Position numbers and translations under genes: made by a program. Under the pieces are notes generated by a model that ran no database searches, was not told where the DNA came from, and was given only the letters and a program-made list of their open reading frames with translations. Shown here one piece after another: positions 33,510 through 47,477 of a stretch of 64,000 nucleotides of DNA. Numbering within the stretch: position 1 is the stretch's first letter; every line of letters starts with the position of its first letter. This DNA comes from Azolla caroliniana (taxonomy: Eukaryota > Plantae > Polypodiophyta): positions 22,320,001-22,384,000 of the forward strand of contig JBHGNT010000008.1 of the NCBI GenBank assembly GCA_043228905.1, read 5' to 3'.

Positions 33510-36225
33510 CATAGGGCTCGAGGTCGTTGCCTCTTAGTTTCGCATTGTATCCTCTTCTTACAGTGATAGTTGGAGTCTGTGGGCTCCCATAGTTTTTCCC
33601 TATTAGGGTTTTCCACATTAACATCTTGTGTCCTCTATGTTGTCTGTGTAAGTGTATTAATCTCCATGTCTATTTTAGATCTTCCATTGAGTGTTTAAGA
33701 CTCGGTTGCGGCCGAGCCCATTTCCGCACAAAAGTGCCACAGGCACTATGGTTAGGCACACAACCAACCTACGATAGGTTCCATATATTCGGGTGTGAAT
33801 CCTACACATTCATCCCCAAGGTGAAAAGGCACAAGTTGGCACCCCATGCGCCAAAGTGCATATTTCTCGGTTATGGAACCAACGGGGACTTCGGCTACAA
33901 GCTATGGGACCCAGAGAACCGGAAATTGATCTAGAGTAGTGACGTAGTCTTCAAGGAAGACTCTATCTTCTCTCAACTGAACGAGCAAAAAATAGTTGGT
34001 AAAAAGGTCTCCTTCGAAGACAACTGAATTGTTGTAGAAGGACTAATCCATTGCGCCAACTCAAAGGCTCGACAAACAATTGAAATCGAGCAAGTAGACA
34101 ACACACCCACCGTCTCCAAATTGGTAGGAGGTCCACTAGTCGAACTTGAAGACATGGCACCAGACGCCAATACATGGCTACAAGCCATGCAATCCGAGAT
34201 GGACTCGATTTGACAAAATCACACATGGGAGCTAGTCGAACTACCAGCTAGAAGGAAGCCGCTACCTTGCAAATGGGTTTTTCGATACAAATATACATTT
34301 GACTCAGAGAAACCCAAATACAAAGCTTGGCTCATCGCGAAAGGGTTCAAACAAGAACATGGGGTCAACTACGATGAGATATTCTCACCAGTAGTCAAGA
34401 TTACCACCCTCTGACTCCTCCTAGGAGTTGTGGCAACAGAAGACCTAGAGCTTGAACATATGGACGTAAAGACGACATTTCTACACAAAGATCTGGAAAA
34501 AGACATTTACAACCGGCAGGCTTCACGGCAACGGGGGAGGGAAGTCATCTCGTATGTCGACTAGAGAAAAGCCTCTATGGCTTGAAACAAGCGCCGAGGA
34601 TGTGGTACCAGAAGTTTGACTCCTACATCAGGCAGCTTCGATACTACCGATCAGACTTCGACCCATGTATGTACGTTCGGCAACTGGCCGACGAATCTAG
34701 GATTTATCTGATCCTATATGTTGACGACATGTTGAATGCAGGTAGCAATCAAATGGAAATAAGGAAGCTAAAGCAGAATCTTCACGACAAGTTCACGATG
34801 AAGGAACACGGACAAGCCCGACATATACTGGGAATGAGGATTGAGCGAAATCAGACGACTTAGACTCTCCGACTCTCCCAGTCCGACTATATCAAGAAGG
34901 TGTTGAAGCGCTTCAACATGGGGAATGCGAAGCCAGCATCAACACCTCTTCCGACATCAATCCAACTATCAGACAGAGACTCTCCTTCAACAGACAAGGA
35001 GACAGAGCTTAATGGAAAGATGTCCTATGCATCGACTATAGGAAGTATCATGTACACAATGGTGGCAACCCGACACGACCTAGCCTATGTCATAGGGGTG
35101 GTCAGCCAATACATGTCAAATCCAGGATAGAAGCACTGGGAGGCCTTCAAGCACATCTTCAGGTACCTAAGAGGGACCGAAGATACACAGCTAACTTTAG
35201 GTTTGACAACCTCAGCCGAAGTCGAAGGCTACCACTACACTAACTCCAACCATGCCGGTAATACGGACAATCAGAAGTCAACATTTGGCTATATCTTCAC
35301 CTATGGTGGTGGTGCTATATCATGGAGGTCGAACTTCAAGAGTGCACGGCCCTATCGACCACAAAGGCCGAGTACATAGCAACATCAGAGGCAATGAAGG
35401 AATCAATCTGGTTGCACCGACTGTCTATCGACTTCTCATCTACAAGCTGAATCGACCGACCAGCGCCAACCATCTATTGCGACTCACAGAGCGCTATACA
35501 CCTCATCAACAATCCTGTCTATCACGCAAAGACAAAGCATATTGAGGTGCGGTATCATCACATCCGGGAGTTCATAAACGATAAGAAGCTTGAAGTCCGG
35601 AAGATCGCCACTGAGGTGAACGTCGTTGATTGCCTAACGAAGCCACTCTCATATCAACGCTTCGGAACACTAAGGATAAAGATGCGACTACGACAAGCGA
35701 CCAAGCAGAAGAGGCTGAATGAGGAGCAGAAGGTAAGTCGAACCGATTGACTCAGACAAGTCAATCTGACTGACTAGTCAAACCAGGCTCAACATTGAAC
35801 ACATCTCTATTGACTCAACCACATGCCGACTAACTTGTAAATATAAATTTAGATTAATTTGTAATCTAGATTTACGGGGGAGGTAACCCCAAACACTTGT
35901 ATATGCAGGAAAGAGTAGTTCTTTTACAGGGGAGTTTGTTGGCACAAAAGGCCGACTCCTTCGAATTTGTATCCTAGTGTGAACTCATCCAAAAGAGTTA
36001 GGGCTTAGTATATAAGCAATAACCTAACGATGTAAAAGAGAGAACTTCTTGATCATCTTGTATAGCGATCTCTTAGTGAGAGTGAGAAAGAACGTAATAT
36101 ATCAAAGCTTCCATTAAAGCTTAGAATGTGTCCATTCTGTTTATTCTCTTGCCTTCCTTTTGTGTTGTTTGTTGAACACTACGACAGATCCTCATACATA
36201 CGTTTCTGCACATATTCGATCAACA
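33510..36225 (+). mobile_element. Copia remnants G: LTR fragment (~33510-33730, similar to H LTR), degenerate IN-RT-RH 33731-35750, PPT ~35928-35934, 3' LTR 35937-36225
   Basis: KCIFLGYG, LKQAPRMWY, LYVDDML and KHIEVRYH motifs with stops; AGGGGAG then TGTTGG...CAACA. Confidence 0.82.
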
Positions 36226-37362
36226 ATTGTAGCTAGAGAATTGGTGTTCCCCTTTCCCTCGACGCATTTTCCCTAAAGTAGGATCATGTTATTAATTAAG
36301 TGAGAAGATATAAGTAACATGTTAAGGGTTACAAGAGAGTTGTGATCAAAGATATTGTAGTGTTGCAACAATTTGGCCATATGAATTGAGATGTTTCGGA
36401 AAACCCCTTAGGTGAGAAAACTAACTAGAGAATAATGAGATAAGATTTGAGCAATAGTGGGAGGATATCCTTGAGTTTCTACTCGGTGATTCTACGATCA
36501 ATGGCCTTGCCACCTCGGTTGTGGTAGGCCACGCACACATGTTTATTCGGTACATTGTAGATTGTTTTCATTTCAACAAAGCCTTGGCATTTCCCAAATT
36601 TTGTGAACCTAACAACAAGTGCTCTTGCTCATTATATTGCATTTTAGATCTCTCGTCAAATAAAAAAGTGCCATCTCTTTTAGTTTGCTCCACTATGTTT
36701 TCCTTTTTAGCATGCAATTGATATTATTTGTACATGGGCACCTAATTTTGGCAAAATGTATGCCTTCATGTTTACTACAGCTTTATTATCGTCTCTGCTA
36801 GTGCATCATTGATCATCTTTCCCCCTCTTTTGCACTTAATGGGCATTGGACCAACATTTACCCTTTTGATGCAAATCGGGCAAAGATGGTTGTCACTCAC
36901 CTTCAAGCCTCACTCTCACTTAATGATTAAAAGATGATTAAGAATAATATCTCGCTCACTCTCATAGACAATGGAACCAAAGAATATCTTTATTATCCTT
37001 CTTGCTAAGAGTTCTAGCACCAACAAGGAAGAGAGATTAGTGTTTCTCTACTAAACCTATCACTAATCTCTCTTAGGCTCAAAGGTTACAAGAAGAGAGA
37101 AGAGAGGAAGTTGAAGCTCTTAATCACTAGGGAGATATTTTCAAATGGAAGAACCCTTACAAAGTCGCCATAGTGTGATTTATATAGGATTTACGCTTAG
37201 GGTATGGCCCTTTCACACTTGGTCACCCATTTGCATCCCTTTCATTTGGTTTTCTCTTGCTATTTCCTCTTCGTGGTTCCTTTAGCCATACAACGTCGTT
37301 GTTGATGAGCCCTTCTTCACGACTGACTGTTGTGTTGTCCAAATGCTTAACAACTACCCTTT

Positions 37363-37796
37363 TGTTACGTGCATAACCATAATTGATCATGAGATACACT
37401 TTCTACAGTTTTCCATAATTTAATGATGAATCCGTGTGGGTTAATTCTGAAAGGAACGAGGGTATGAATTCTAATATTCAATTCTATAGTGTGTGAATAT
37501 ACTAGGGCCTAGGGTTTCTGCCAATATAAGGAGGCTAGCTACCTCCTTATCAAGGGAGGCTTGACATATGTTGATACTATAATAGTGTGGCTATAACTCT
37601 TGTTAGCTAAGCACGCGTATTCCTTACATAACCCAAAGTATAACATCAACCCTTGATGGTGTGGGATATCTAGGAGGTCCAGGTCCATCTCATGCTGTTG
37701 TTAGGGGGTGGTCGAATGGTTTGGCACCCCTCTTTCCTTTCTTTAGTCTATAATTCCTTGTGTTTTTGCTCAATTAAAATTAGCTAAACTCTAACA
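37363..37796 (+). mobile_element. Solo LTR
   Basis: TGTTA...TAACA ends; flanks CCTTT/CCTTG; 3' part resembles the LTR end at 1-142. Confidence 0.6.
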
Positions 37797-37828
37797 CCTT
37801 GATTCTATTGACTTAGAGCATCTCACTT

Positions 37829-38052
37829 ACAATGATTGCTTTCTTCCTAAATTAAAAATTCAGCACAATTTTTTATGAAGTAAATTAATACCGAAAATGG
37901 CTAATGTCGCTCCACTTCATGACTTTATTTGGACCTTACCTAAATCTTAAGCATTTCCACAAAAGCTCACAAAATAGCCTCTATTTTGAATACCATTGCT
38001 TTCCAAAATTATACCCACATAACAATGATTGCTTTCTTCCTAAATTAAAAAT
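37829..38052. repeat. ~193-bp dispersed repeat with an identical 31-bp direct repeat at both ends; second copy ~45200-45370
   Basis: ACAATGATTGCTTTCTTCCTAAATTAAAAAT at 37829 and 38022; shared core GCTAATGTCGCTCCACTTCATGACTTTAT at both loci. Confidence 0.7.
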
Positions 38053-39126
38053 GTTGTAGGAAATCAAACTAGTTAAATTAATACATATTCTTTGTTTCAC
38101 ATTTGTAATAGCTTCTTAAAACGCGTACATGGATGTATCACTGTTGTGAAATTTGAAGACAAAGGATAATAATCAAGAGTATAGAAATGATGTATTTTAT
38201 GATGCCACTTTACAAAGGACTATTGACAATGTTGCTGATGCCTAAAGCCTAAACCCTAAACCCTGTATTGGATCAATATAAGATTTAATTTCACTCGCAT
38301 GTTCAGATACAATGATTTGCCACAACAGAAAAGGTTATTCTAGAGGTGTTCACAATATGATAGGAATCTACGTCGTAACTTATTTTGTTGTACAGGAAAG
38401 TAGTCACAAATGCAAGACACATAAGAATACATCATCTCAAATGAGGCCAAAGTTGCTACTACTTTTGACAATGACATTTTCATTTGGCTTAGTAATTAGA
38501 GTCCCTAAAACAGTTATTTTCTACAAATAAAGATATATATTTTTATTTTCCCTCCAAGGTTCAGGGCGTTTTTTCTTTCTATTGTGGGATGGGGGTGACT
38601 TATTAAAGCTACAACAAAATGGTGCACTAGTAAGCATGTAGCATGACATGATCCTTGTTTCAAAAAAGAGTTTATATCCTAAGGCAAGTTTGATTCCTTG
38701 AAAAGGTCCAAAAACAAATTTGTGTCCATATCTATTGTTACTGCAAAGACAAAAGATCATAAATGACAAATAAATTTGTCAATTCATACATTTAACTTGC
38801 TTGGCAAGAACCGTCTATCTTAACTTTTGGCCATTAGACGTCATGGTCCAAATTTCAAGTGATCTCTTTTGTTGTCTTATCACCTTACTCAAATGTGTTA
38901 TTTAAACATGATTGTTTGCCCTTGAAGATCTATATCAGTTTTAAGATATTTGGCCCACCTCACGGCAAAATCCATGCATTTTGCTTTAGGAAATGAAATA
39001 CATTGCAGTATAATCATATATGCTTTATGCGTTTGCATAATGGCTTCCAGGAAGTTAGTTGAGATATGGATAGCATTCACCATTTATCAGTGTGTCAATA
39101 ACTTGCATATACCCACTTATTCTTGC

Positions 39127-42100
39127 TCAGTCCAAATTGTCATCTTTGATTTTCTGAATTTTTGACAGAATGGTGCTTTGGATTGTAGCCAGATCAGTTA
39201 AAATTTCCAATCCTATAATATTTATAGCCACAATAAACAAGATCGTACATCACTGGAGAATTTTCTAAAGGCAACAACATAAACTTAAAATATTATAATC
39301 AGTCAAGTTACCTTCTTTAAATGAGGATTGGGCAGCTCGAAGGTGTGGTGAGACCAACATCCCAAACCATGTCAAGGGTTCTGATCTTTGCTTCATGTTT
39401 ACATATTTCGTCGACTTCTCTTCTTGCTCCTCCTGGTTAATCCAACACAACATATTCAAGTTTCAGAATAGCCGAAAAGCTTTAAATGGCCTTAATAGGC
39501 AAACTGTTTTCCTCAAGTCTTACATTTCATGGGGCCTCCTGGTTTATCCAACACCACATATTTAGATTTCAGAAAAAACAAAAAGCTTAAAGTAACCATA
39601 AATAGGGAAAACATTTTCCCCAAGCCTTGCATGTTCAAATCATAAATCCTGAATGTCCTTCAATACAATGCTTGCTGCTGACAGACATTACATCCATGCT
39701 TTATCTACATTTAAGGTGTATTCATTGCATGGAGGCTAAACCTTGCAATCAACTTGGAATTTCTTCAAACTGTTTTTGAGCATTGGGCCTAGACCCTATA
39801 CAAGAGGATCGCGATGTTTGGGAAGCTATGATATTCCTTGTTAAGGAAGCAGTTCTGTAGTGGCATTAAATTTTTTACTTCAAAGAACCTAATCAAGGAT
39901 AGGGACATAATCATGATAAGAGTATGAATACAGAAAATGGGCATCAAAAGAATAAGTATTTGCCCACTGATCTCTCTAGTTATCAATCAGCATCATGGTT
40001 CTATGATTGAAACTTTTTCGATGCAAAGTGCAGCTCCTCTTTGATAAAAACAAAGTGCAAACATGCATGGCAGGGATAAATAGATTGAAATAAAAAGAAA
40101 AAAACACACACGGAGCCATGTCACATGTGAGAATGATGTGACTGATAAGGAAACTAAGTTTCCTAAATTTGATGTCTTAGAAGAGCAAAAAAATAACTTT
40201 GTAATCAGCCTCTCAATACTTGTGGCTTAAGGATTATTGCATTGCAGAATTTTGCATAGCGATGTTGATTTGAGACTCAAGAAGAACACCCATTGAAATG
40301 CTTGGGAAGATTGGATTAATGAAGATGAGGTAACAATCACTAATATGTGAATCCATACTTCATGCAGGATAAGAATATCACCAGGCTGTGGTGCAGCATG
40401 TGGAATTCCAATGGAAGAGAATCATCTGACAAGATTACTATGATTGATGAATGGCACATGCCTAGAACACAAATGAACAATTAACCATCATATCTCTAGT
40501 ATAGATCAAGAGTGTAGAGCTCAGTCTAGGGCTTATGCTAGTTATGAGACTAATGACAGGTGAGATCATTTTCGTTCAAATTCTCGTTTCATCATGTGAA
40601 ATTTATCAGATTACCCCTATTTATTTCACGAATTATGCTTATATATCAAAACCCACAAAGACTCTTGCATTTTTTATATTTATTTTCCAAATACTATTAA
40701 TATTTCAAAATTCCTCATTTTTCAAATCCTCAAAATATTCTACATTTTCCCAAAGAGAGTAATTGTAGAAATTGGGAGCTGAAGAAAGACTCTACATGGC
40801 AGGTCTGTGAAGTACATAACTTGTTCGCTAGTCTTATTTAACTTTGCGGTAGTAAACTTGTTGCAAATATTGTATCAGGTACTCTAGGAAGCTTCTTGAA
40901 CAAATCTCTGGCGAATTATCGAAATACAACAATTATCAAATCATGTACTAAGATATTAGGAGGGCACTCTTCTGTATGGCATTACCAATGTATCAGAAAA
41001 CACTGTGATCTAGCACAGTGATTCAAACTGGATTGTACACATCAATTACAAATATAAAATTGTTTTTCTTCGGATTTAATATCTTATCTCAAATTGGAAA
41101 TAAACAACGAACAATGGCATTGTCTTCCACAACATCAAGCAATTTGTTTCACCATATCTGCAGCATAAATGGCTAAGAAAAATACAGTTGCACATGTGAA
41201 TGAAGGACTGCAACTGTGTGGAGGTAGGAAAACACAAGTTACAGGCATAGTCACATGACACATTTCATGCAAAGCTGATGAATGGATGTTCCCACTCCCT
41301 GTGAGCTTGGAGCTCAGTTGGTTGAATTTCTGTTAATAGTTGAGACGGTCTATTATCCATAATGCAAACATCAATGTCAAGCAGATATTTTACAGTAAGA
41401 CACCTGAAGGGAGCTATGTCAAGCTCATCACTAGGAGATTGAGAGAGGATAATTCTGATTAGGGTAGAATTTGAGGGTGTCAGATTTATTTGAAGTTAAT
41501 GCCTGAACTTGCTGTTGTAATCCACTGATGCTCCAAAATAACGTTCTGAGTAATTTCATACATAGAGCCATCGGGTCATGGATCTTTAAGATCAAGATCA
41601 ACACTAGTATTGCAGAGCTATTATTGCTTAGTAAAAAACAGAAATATGTCTAAGTGAATAATTGCAGTGTATTGATGTTCAGATGTGTGTTTTAAGACTG
41701 AAATCTACTTTTAAAGAATGAATGCTTCTAACGCAATATCAGCGCATATCAGGACACACATTTATATAAAGCTCATATACCTATATTCCAAATCAACTGA
41801 CTATCACAAAATTTGCGAAAAGTGGCAGAGATCTTCGTCATATTATAGAACCAAAATTTGATTTTAGTAATAAATTTGAGTAGATATCAGCAAAATGCCA
41901 AATATTCCAGACCTGGGTAATTGTGCTTTCATCATCCATTGTGGAATGCTTGCTTTCTTCCAAACTAGCGTTGTAGTTTTCTATACCTAACAAAAAATTA
42001 CAAATAAATGTCATTCTGGACTGACTGAATATCTTTTATTAAAGAACCCAAAAGTAAGGCTGTATGCATTCATATGTGAACTTCATGGTGATTAGTACTA

Positions 42101-45100
42101 TCCATCATTCCTAATGTTAATCAACAATCCCTCAAAACAATTCTGGGCTTCTAAAAACTGTTGACATATTTTGGTAGTGATGTGTGTGAACATACTTAGG
42201 ACAGTGATGTGTGAACACACTTACGATAATGATGTGTGTGAACACATTTAGGACAGTAATGTGTGAACACACTTAGGACAGTGATGTGTGTGAATACACT
42301 TAGGACTACAAGGGCATTTTTTCCCTCTTTAGGAGGTTTTTCCCTATCCATAAAAACTCTCATAACCCTAAAGTGGTAAAGATTTTGGGGATTTCAAAAT
42401 AAGAACCCAACAGTGGTATCAGAGCTACAAAGCGACATTTGAGCAGCAACGCAACGGCTCTCATACGCAGTCCATTTGTGCCATCTGTGGTGGCATTTTT
42501 CTGCTGTTGAAAAAACAAATTTCTGTGTGTTTTCTTCCTTTGCGCAGTTTCAGTTGTGTTTTTTTTTCTGCTTCCAAGTCGATTCAATCCTAGAAAAAGC
42601 CTCCTTGAGTCTTCCAAGACATTCCTATAACCCTCAGAAATCAGATTTGCTTCCCTTTTCTCTTTTCTTGTTCATCTTTCAAGTCAAAGAGGTACGTTAT
42701 TCCCTTTTATTCATTCAGCAGTCCATTTTTTACATCAAAACGTGTTCAGTCCACGGCCATGGCTAAGAGCAATGATGTATTTCGGATGCTTGTTGTTGAG
42801 GATAAACTCGATAAAACAAATTACCCTCTCTGGGCTTATATGATGCGCCATGTATTAGTAGCAAAGGGGTTGTGGAATGTGGTTCAAGGGGCTGAAAAAC
42901 GCCCTGTTGTTGAGAACACAAATGTTGATGGTATTGATTCTGTCGAGGATGTTGATCATCCTGCTCATGTCAATACTACAGTTTCTGTTATACCAATTGC
43001 AACGCAACTTCGTTGGGATGGCAGAGATGCTCAGGCACATGCTTTGATAGCTTTGTCTGTGAAACATGCCATTATTCCCCATATTCGCTCTTGCAAGACA
43101 GCAAAGGATGCTTGGGATACTCTTACCACTTTGTACCAAGCAAGAAATGAGGCTCGTGTTACTTATCTCCGAAAACAATTGGAGAGCGAGCACATGAATG
43201 AAGGTGATTCTATGGACAGTTTTCTTACAAAAATCAAAGATTTAAAGGAACAATTAATTTATGTTGATGAAATGATACCAAATAGTTCACTTGTGTAGAC
43301 CGTTCTAAATGAACTTCCTGATTCATATCAAAGTTTTGCTTCTACTCTTCGTTTAATGATGAAAGGTAATCCCAATGCCTTATTATTCGAGGAGCTAGTC
43401 TCTGTTTTGTTACAGGAAGATCAATCTAAGCAAAAGAGGTCTATTATGTGTGTTGCAGATCAAGATTTCCTAGCTAGTCAGAAGGGCAAAGGTAAATGAA
43501 ATTCTTCTGCTAGCAAGCAAAGATTTGCTAATAATTCATAAGTGAATGAAAAAAAACAAGAGTAGAAACAAAAACTGTTTTGCAAATATTGTAAAGGAAT
43601 TGATCATATTATGAAGAACTGTCCAAAATTGGCTGCAAAAGAGGCAAAGAAAAAGGAGGCGGGACTCGTTGTTGCAGAAGTCTCTGCACCAAAAACAGAG
43701 TCTGCAAATCTTGTGCAGAATAAAGAATGGGCATTTACTATTGTTTGTAGTTTTGACCCATCTTCACTTAAACAATGTATGTCTATTGTACAATCAGATG
43801 TTTGGTACTTCAACAGTGGGGCAACCAAACATATTACCTCGCAGCGCAATTTCTTCACTTCATTGGAGCCTGCCCCTACAAGGAATACTGTCACATGTGC
43901 CAACAACTCATCTTATCCAGTTATGGGTGTTGGTAAGATCATTTTGACTACTGCTAATGGTAATCCTTTCATCTTGTCAGATGCTTTGTTAGTGCCAGGG
44001 ATCAAGAAAAATCTTTTGTTAGTTTCAGCATTAGCCAAGGTTGGCCTGGTTGTTATGACACTTGTGTGTCCACAAGTGATTTTGGCTTCATCCTTGGTAG
44101 CTCATGCATATCTTGGTTGAGCAAGAAGCAGCCTACTGTGGCCACTTCTAGTTGTGAGGCTGAGTATAGGGCAGCTTTCACAGCTACAGTTGAGTGTGTG
44201 TGGCTCAGACGCCTTTTAGCTGATTTGGGTGTTGGTGAGTCTTCTGCCACCACCATCTTCACTGACAATCAAAGCACAATGGCAATTGCGAGGAACCTTG
44301 TGTTCCATGCTCGCACTAAGCACATTGAGGTGCATTATCACTATGTCAGGGAAAGGTTCTCCGTTGGAGAGATCAATTTGGCTTATGTGCCCATGCAGGA
44401 GAACATTGCAAACCTCTTCACAAAGGCTTTGCCTAGGGAGAAGTTTGAAGCTTTCCACAAAGCTTTAGGCCTAATCCCATTTGTGGATTCATCTCTATCC
44501 ACATAGCTTGGCACTTGTTTAACCATGAGTGTCAGCTCCTTGTTCACCGCATCACTCCCAAGGGGGCTTTGTTGACATATTTTGGTAGTGATGTGTGTGA
44601 ACACACTTAGGACAGTGATGTGTGAACACACTTAGGATAGTGATGTGTGCGAACACATTTAGGACAGTAATGTGTGAACACACTTAGGACAATGATGTGT
44701 GTGAACACACTTAGGACTACAGGGGCATTTTTTCCCTCTTTAGGAGGTTTTTCCCCCTGTCCATAAAACTCTCATAACCCTAAAGTGGTAAAGTTTTTTG
44801 GGGATTTCAAAATAAGAACCCAACAAAAACTGATATTGCCTTATCCACTCCTTGCCATGCATAATATAAAGGCATGCAATGGATGCGAGGAAGGGCTAGT
44901 GGAGGATGATCACTTGCTTCTTACATGCTCAGAATATTGTACAATCTATGATGACATATTAAAAGGGGATGATGACTTGAGCATCACACTACGGAACACA
45001 CCGAGACGGTTGCGCTCATAAGTGTATGCCTTATTCACACATTGAGACTTTGTGCTTCAAAGTATGACTTGTGTACTCAGGTTCCATGGGTCAATATTGA

Positions 45101-47477
45101 CCTCTCTCTGGATGCTGAAAAATATAATATCTAATAATCAAGCTGAGGAAGGGGCTTTGTCATCCTGTTCTGGACAGATGGAAAGAGTGTATGGAGTTAC
45201 ACAATGACTTCCATCCTAAACCAAAATTCAGCAAAATTTTCTATGGAATAAAATAATGAAGAAATTTGCTAATGTCGCTCCACTTCATGACTTTATCTGG
45301 ACCTTACCTAAATTTTAAGCATTTCTGCAAAAGCTCACAGAATAGCCTCTGATTTGAATTTACCATTGTTTGTCTACATAAGAAGGGTTTCCTTTTTTTC
45401 TCTGAATTGGGGTTTATGCTAAGGTGACAAAGATGAGATGCAGCTTGCCCTTATAAAGCTGATTTTCTTTTTTTCTGGCTTGTGAATTTGGTCTATGGAG
45501 TAGAAATGTGGGGACTGAGACTTAACAAGGCAAATCATTGGAAAGATTTAGGGAGACCTTTAGTGTCAATGATTGCCCGCGTGATAAGGAGCAAAGCATC
45601 GGTGCCCCATGATATAATCAGGGCAGAGATGGGAGCAACACCTATAATCACCGAGGCATTGTTCCGATCAGTGACCTGTATAATCCGGGCAGAGAAGGGA
45701 GCAGCACCTATAATCACCGAGGCATTGTTCCGATCAGTGACCTGTATCCAACATCTTTGGGAGCCCCCAAAACAAAGGTACCCAAGGTTGACACTTATGT
45801 CATCAAGACAACTGGGTGAAAATGGAGACATTCATTGTTGGTATGCTGAAATGCAGCAATGGTCTGAGTCACATTGCATAAGTATAAATGCACCACCCCC
45901 CTTCCGATATAGTTGGACTTTCCCCATCTACACAAACGGGATCCTGACCAGGACATAACAAAAGGGTTACAATAGATCAGGCAATAACAATTGGTCGTGC
46001 ACATAGGCCGTGGCCCCATGGACCACGACCTCAGCACCCTTGTCAGCGATAGATAAAGAGACCATGATCTCCCACCATCGCAGGTGCTACCCTCACTTTG
46101 GAGACCTCTCCATTCTAGATCGACCTATGCTAGAGATCTTTCGAAGACAAAAGTTATAATATATCTAACATGAGAATCTTATTTACTTTTATATTTACTG
46201 AGTAATATTTATTTTATTTTGATTTGTTGTTCTCAAAGACGAGACAACACTTCATATTAATCTCTTGTTTTGTCTTATAGGCCATTTTGGCCTCTTAAAA
46301 GACGTTAATCTATCTTTCTTACTTACTTACTTTCAATGACGGCCTCCTCCACATATAGAGGACTAATTTGGCCCTCAGAATTCCTGAGATAATCTCTCAG
46401 ATCTTCCTTTCTCATTGATTTATTCTGTAATTTGTTGGCACATAAACAAGTATTGTGTGTCACTGTCATACATAAGAATCTAGTTTCCTTGATACAAGTT
46501 TCTAGCTTTTCTGAAATGATTTTCTTAGGTTTTTCATGCACTAATAGGTCAGGACATTAATCCTCCTTTCTAACATGTAATCAAATTTTAGTAGAACTAT
46601 ATCTGGAATTTATGAGATAACCCTGCCTTTGGATTTGTCCTCTGGTCCTTAATAGTAGAAAGGAATGTATTCAAGGTACTATCAAGATCGAGGGTGTAAC
46701 ATGTAGTATTGACAAGATAGAAAAGGGAAAATTCCTCACTATTTACATTCTAATAAGCCTCAGTCGGCCTATCGTATCGTCATTACTACAAGAACACTCA
46801 AGTTCTCTTCCTCTGATCTGAATGCATAAAAAAATTTCAAAATAGTCCGATCTTACAATTTCACATCCAGACCTTTAATGTGCCGGTGCCTCAACCCAGA
46901 CTGTTGCAGTATTGGTTCAGTACGAATATTCCTATCCGAGGCACTAGCTCCATTGCTTTCTTCGGAGATTTGAAAGAGGAAGTTGAGAGGAGGGTCAACT
47001 TCATTTGCTCCTGAAATTAATTAGGAAAGCCTATAGCATAAAATGCATGCGAAGTCATATATATTGATGTATGTAGCTTATCTTGAGGTTAGCCTTGGGG
47101 CATCTACAACTGGAATAGGGATCGATGAGACAAAAAGAGGATAGGATAAGATGCACACCTTGATTATTATCTTGATTCAGGCACGTAACAGACACCAAGG
47201 TAGATGAAAAATATGGTTTCAATCTGAAAAGAGATTGATCGATCCGAGAAGGTCCCATGGAATAACGAGCAGAGGCAATGTTGATCCAACCCTACAGTAT
47301 GGACGATATACAAAACAGTCCGTGTTAATACGAAGACAGTGGTGTACAGCGCAAAGCATGAAGTATACCTACGCGTGACAGGGTTTGAGCCAGCTCCTCC
47401 CTGCGACGCAGAAGCTCATCCACGGCATCGAGAAGGCAAACGAGCTCCAGCTCTCCGTCGTCTTCGGGTGACGCCAT
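39127..47477 (-). CDS. CCDC115: CCDC115/Vma22-like V-ATPase assembly factor; exons 47477-47373, 47291-47159, 47010-~46870, (46424-46331), (41986-41913), 39432-39312, 39212-39127
   Basis: Hand-spliced GT-AG exons translate MASPEDDGELELVCLLDAVDELLRRREELAQTLSR|GWINIASARYSMGPSRI... and PLTWFGMLVSPHLRAAQSSFKE|GLEILTDLATIQ, matching the family's N- and C-terminal motifs; middle exon boundaries are uncertain. Confidence 0.85.
42159..44825 (+). mobile_element. Internally deleted copia F (gag + protease joined to RNase H; no integrase or RT): LTRs 42159-42412 and 44570-44825, PBS 42414-42425, PPT ~44560-44566, TSD AAAAC; intronic
   Basis: Perfect TSD; LTRs carry ~6 copies of a 22-24-bp CACTTAGGACAGTGATGTGTGAACA unit; deletion junction ~44053. 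Confidence 0.95.
44850..45960 (+). mobile_element. Non-LTR retroelement (LINE) ORF2 C-terminal remnants, with a 66-bp tandem duplication at ~45615-45746
   Basis: LVYGVEMWG motif; CNGC...EDDHLLLTC zinc-finger-like piece; IIRAE(M/K)GA(T/A)PIITEALFRSVTC twice. Confidence 0.55.

Noticed and set aside
36891-37352. Possible solo LTR (TG...CA, TATA-like motif)
   Set aside because: No TSD and no partner copy in the window.
38244-38263. Interstitial telomeric repeat (CCCTAAA)
   Set aside because: Only ~2.5 units; similar telo-box-like motifs at ~52063 and ~61262 are common and uninformative.
41312-41432. Intronic C/D snoRNA candidate on the minus strand (also ~60992-61071 on plus)
   Set aside because: Box motifs only; no terminal stem or rRNA guide that I could recognise.
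46740-46817. Extra CCDC115 exon
   Set aside because: The upstream intron would be under 60 nt and the phase-compatible frames contain stops.
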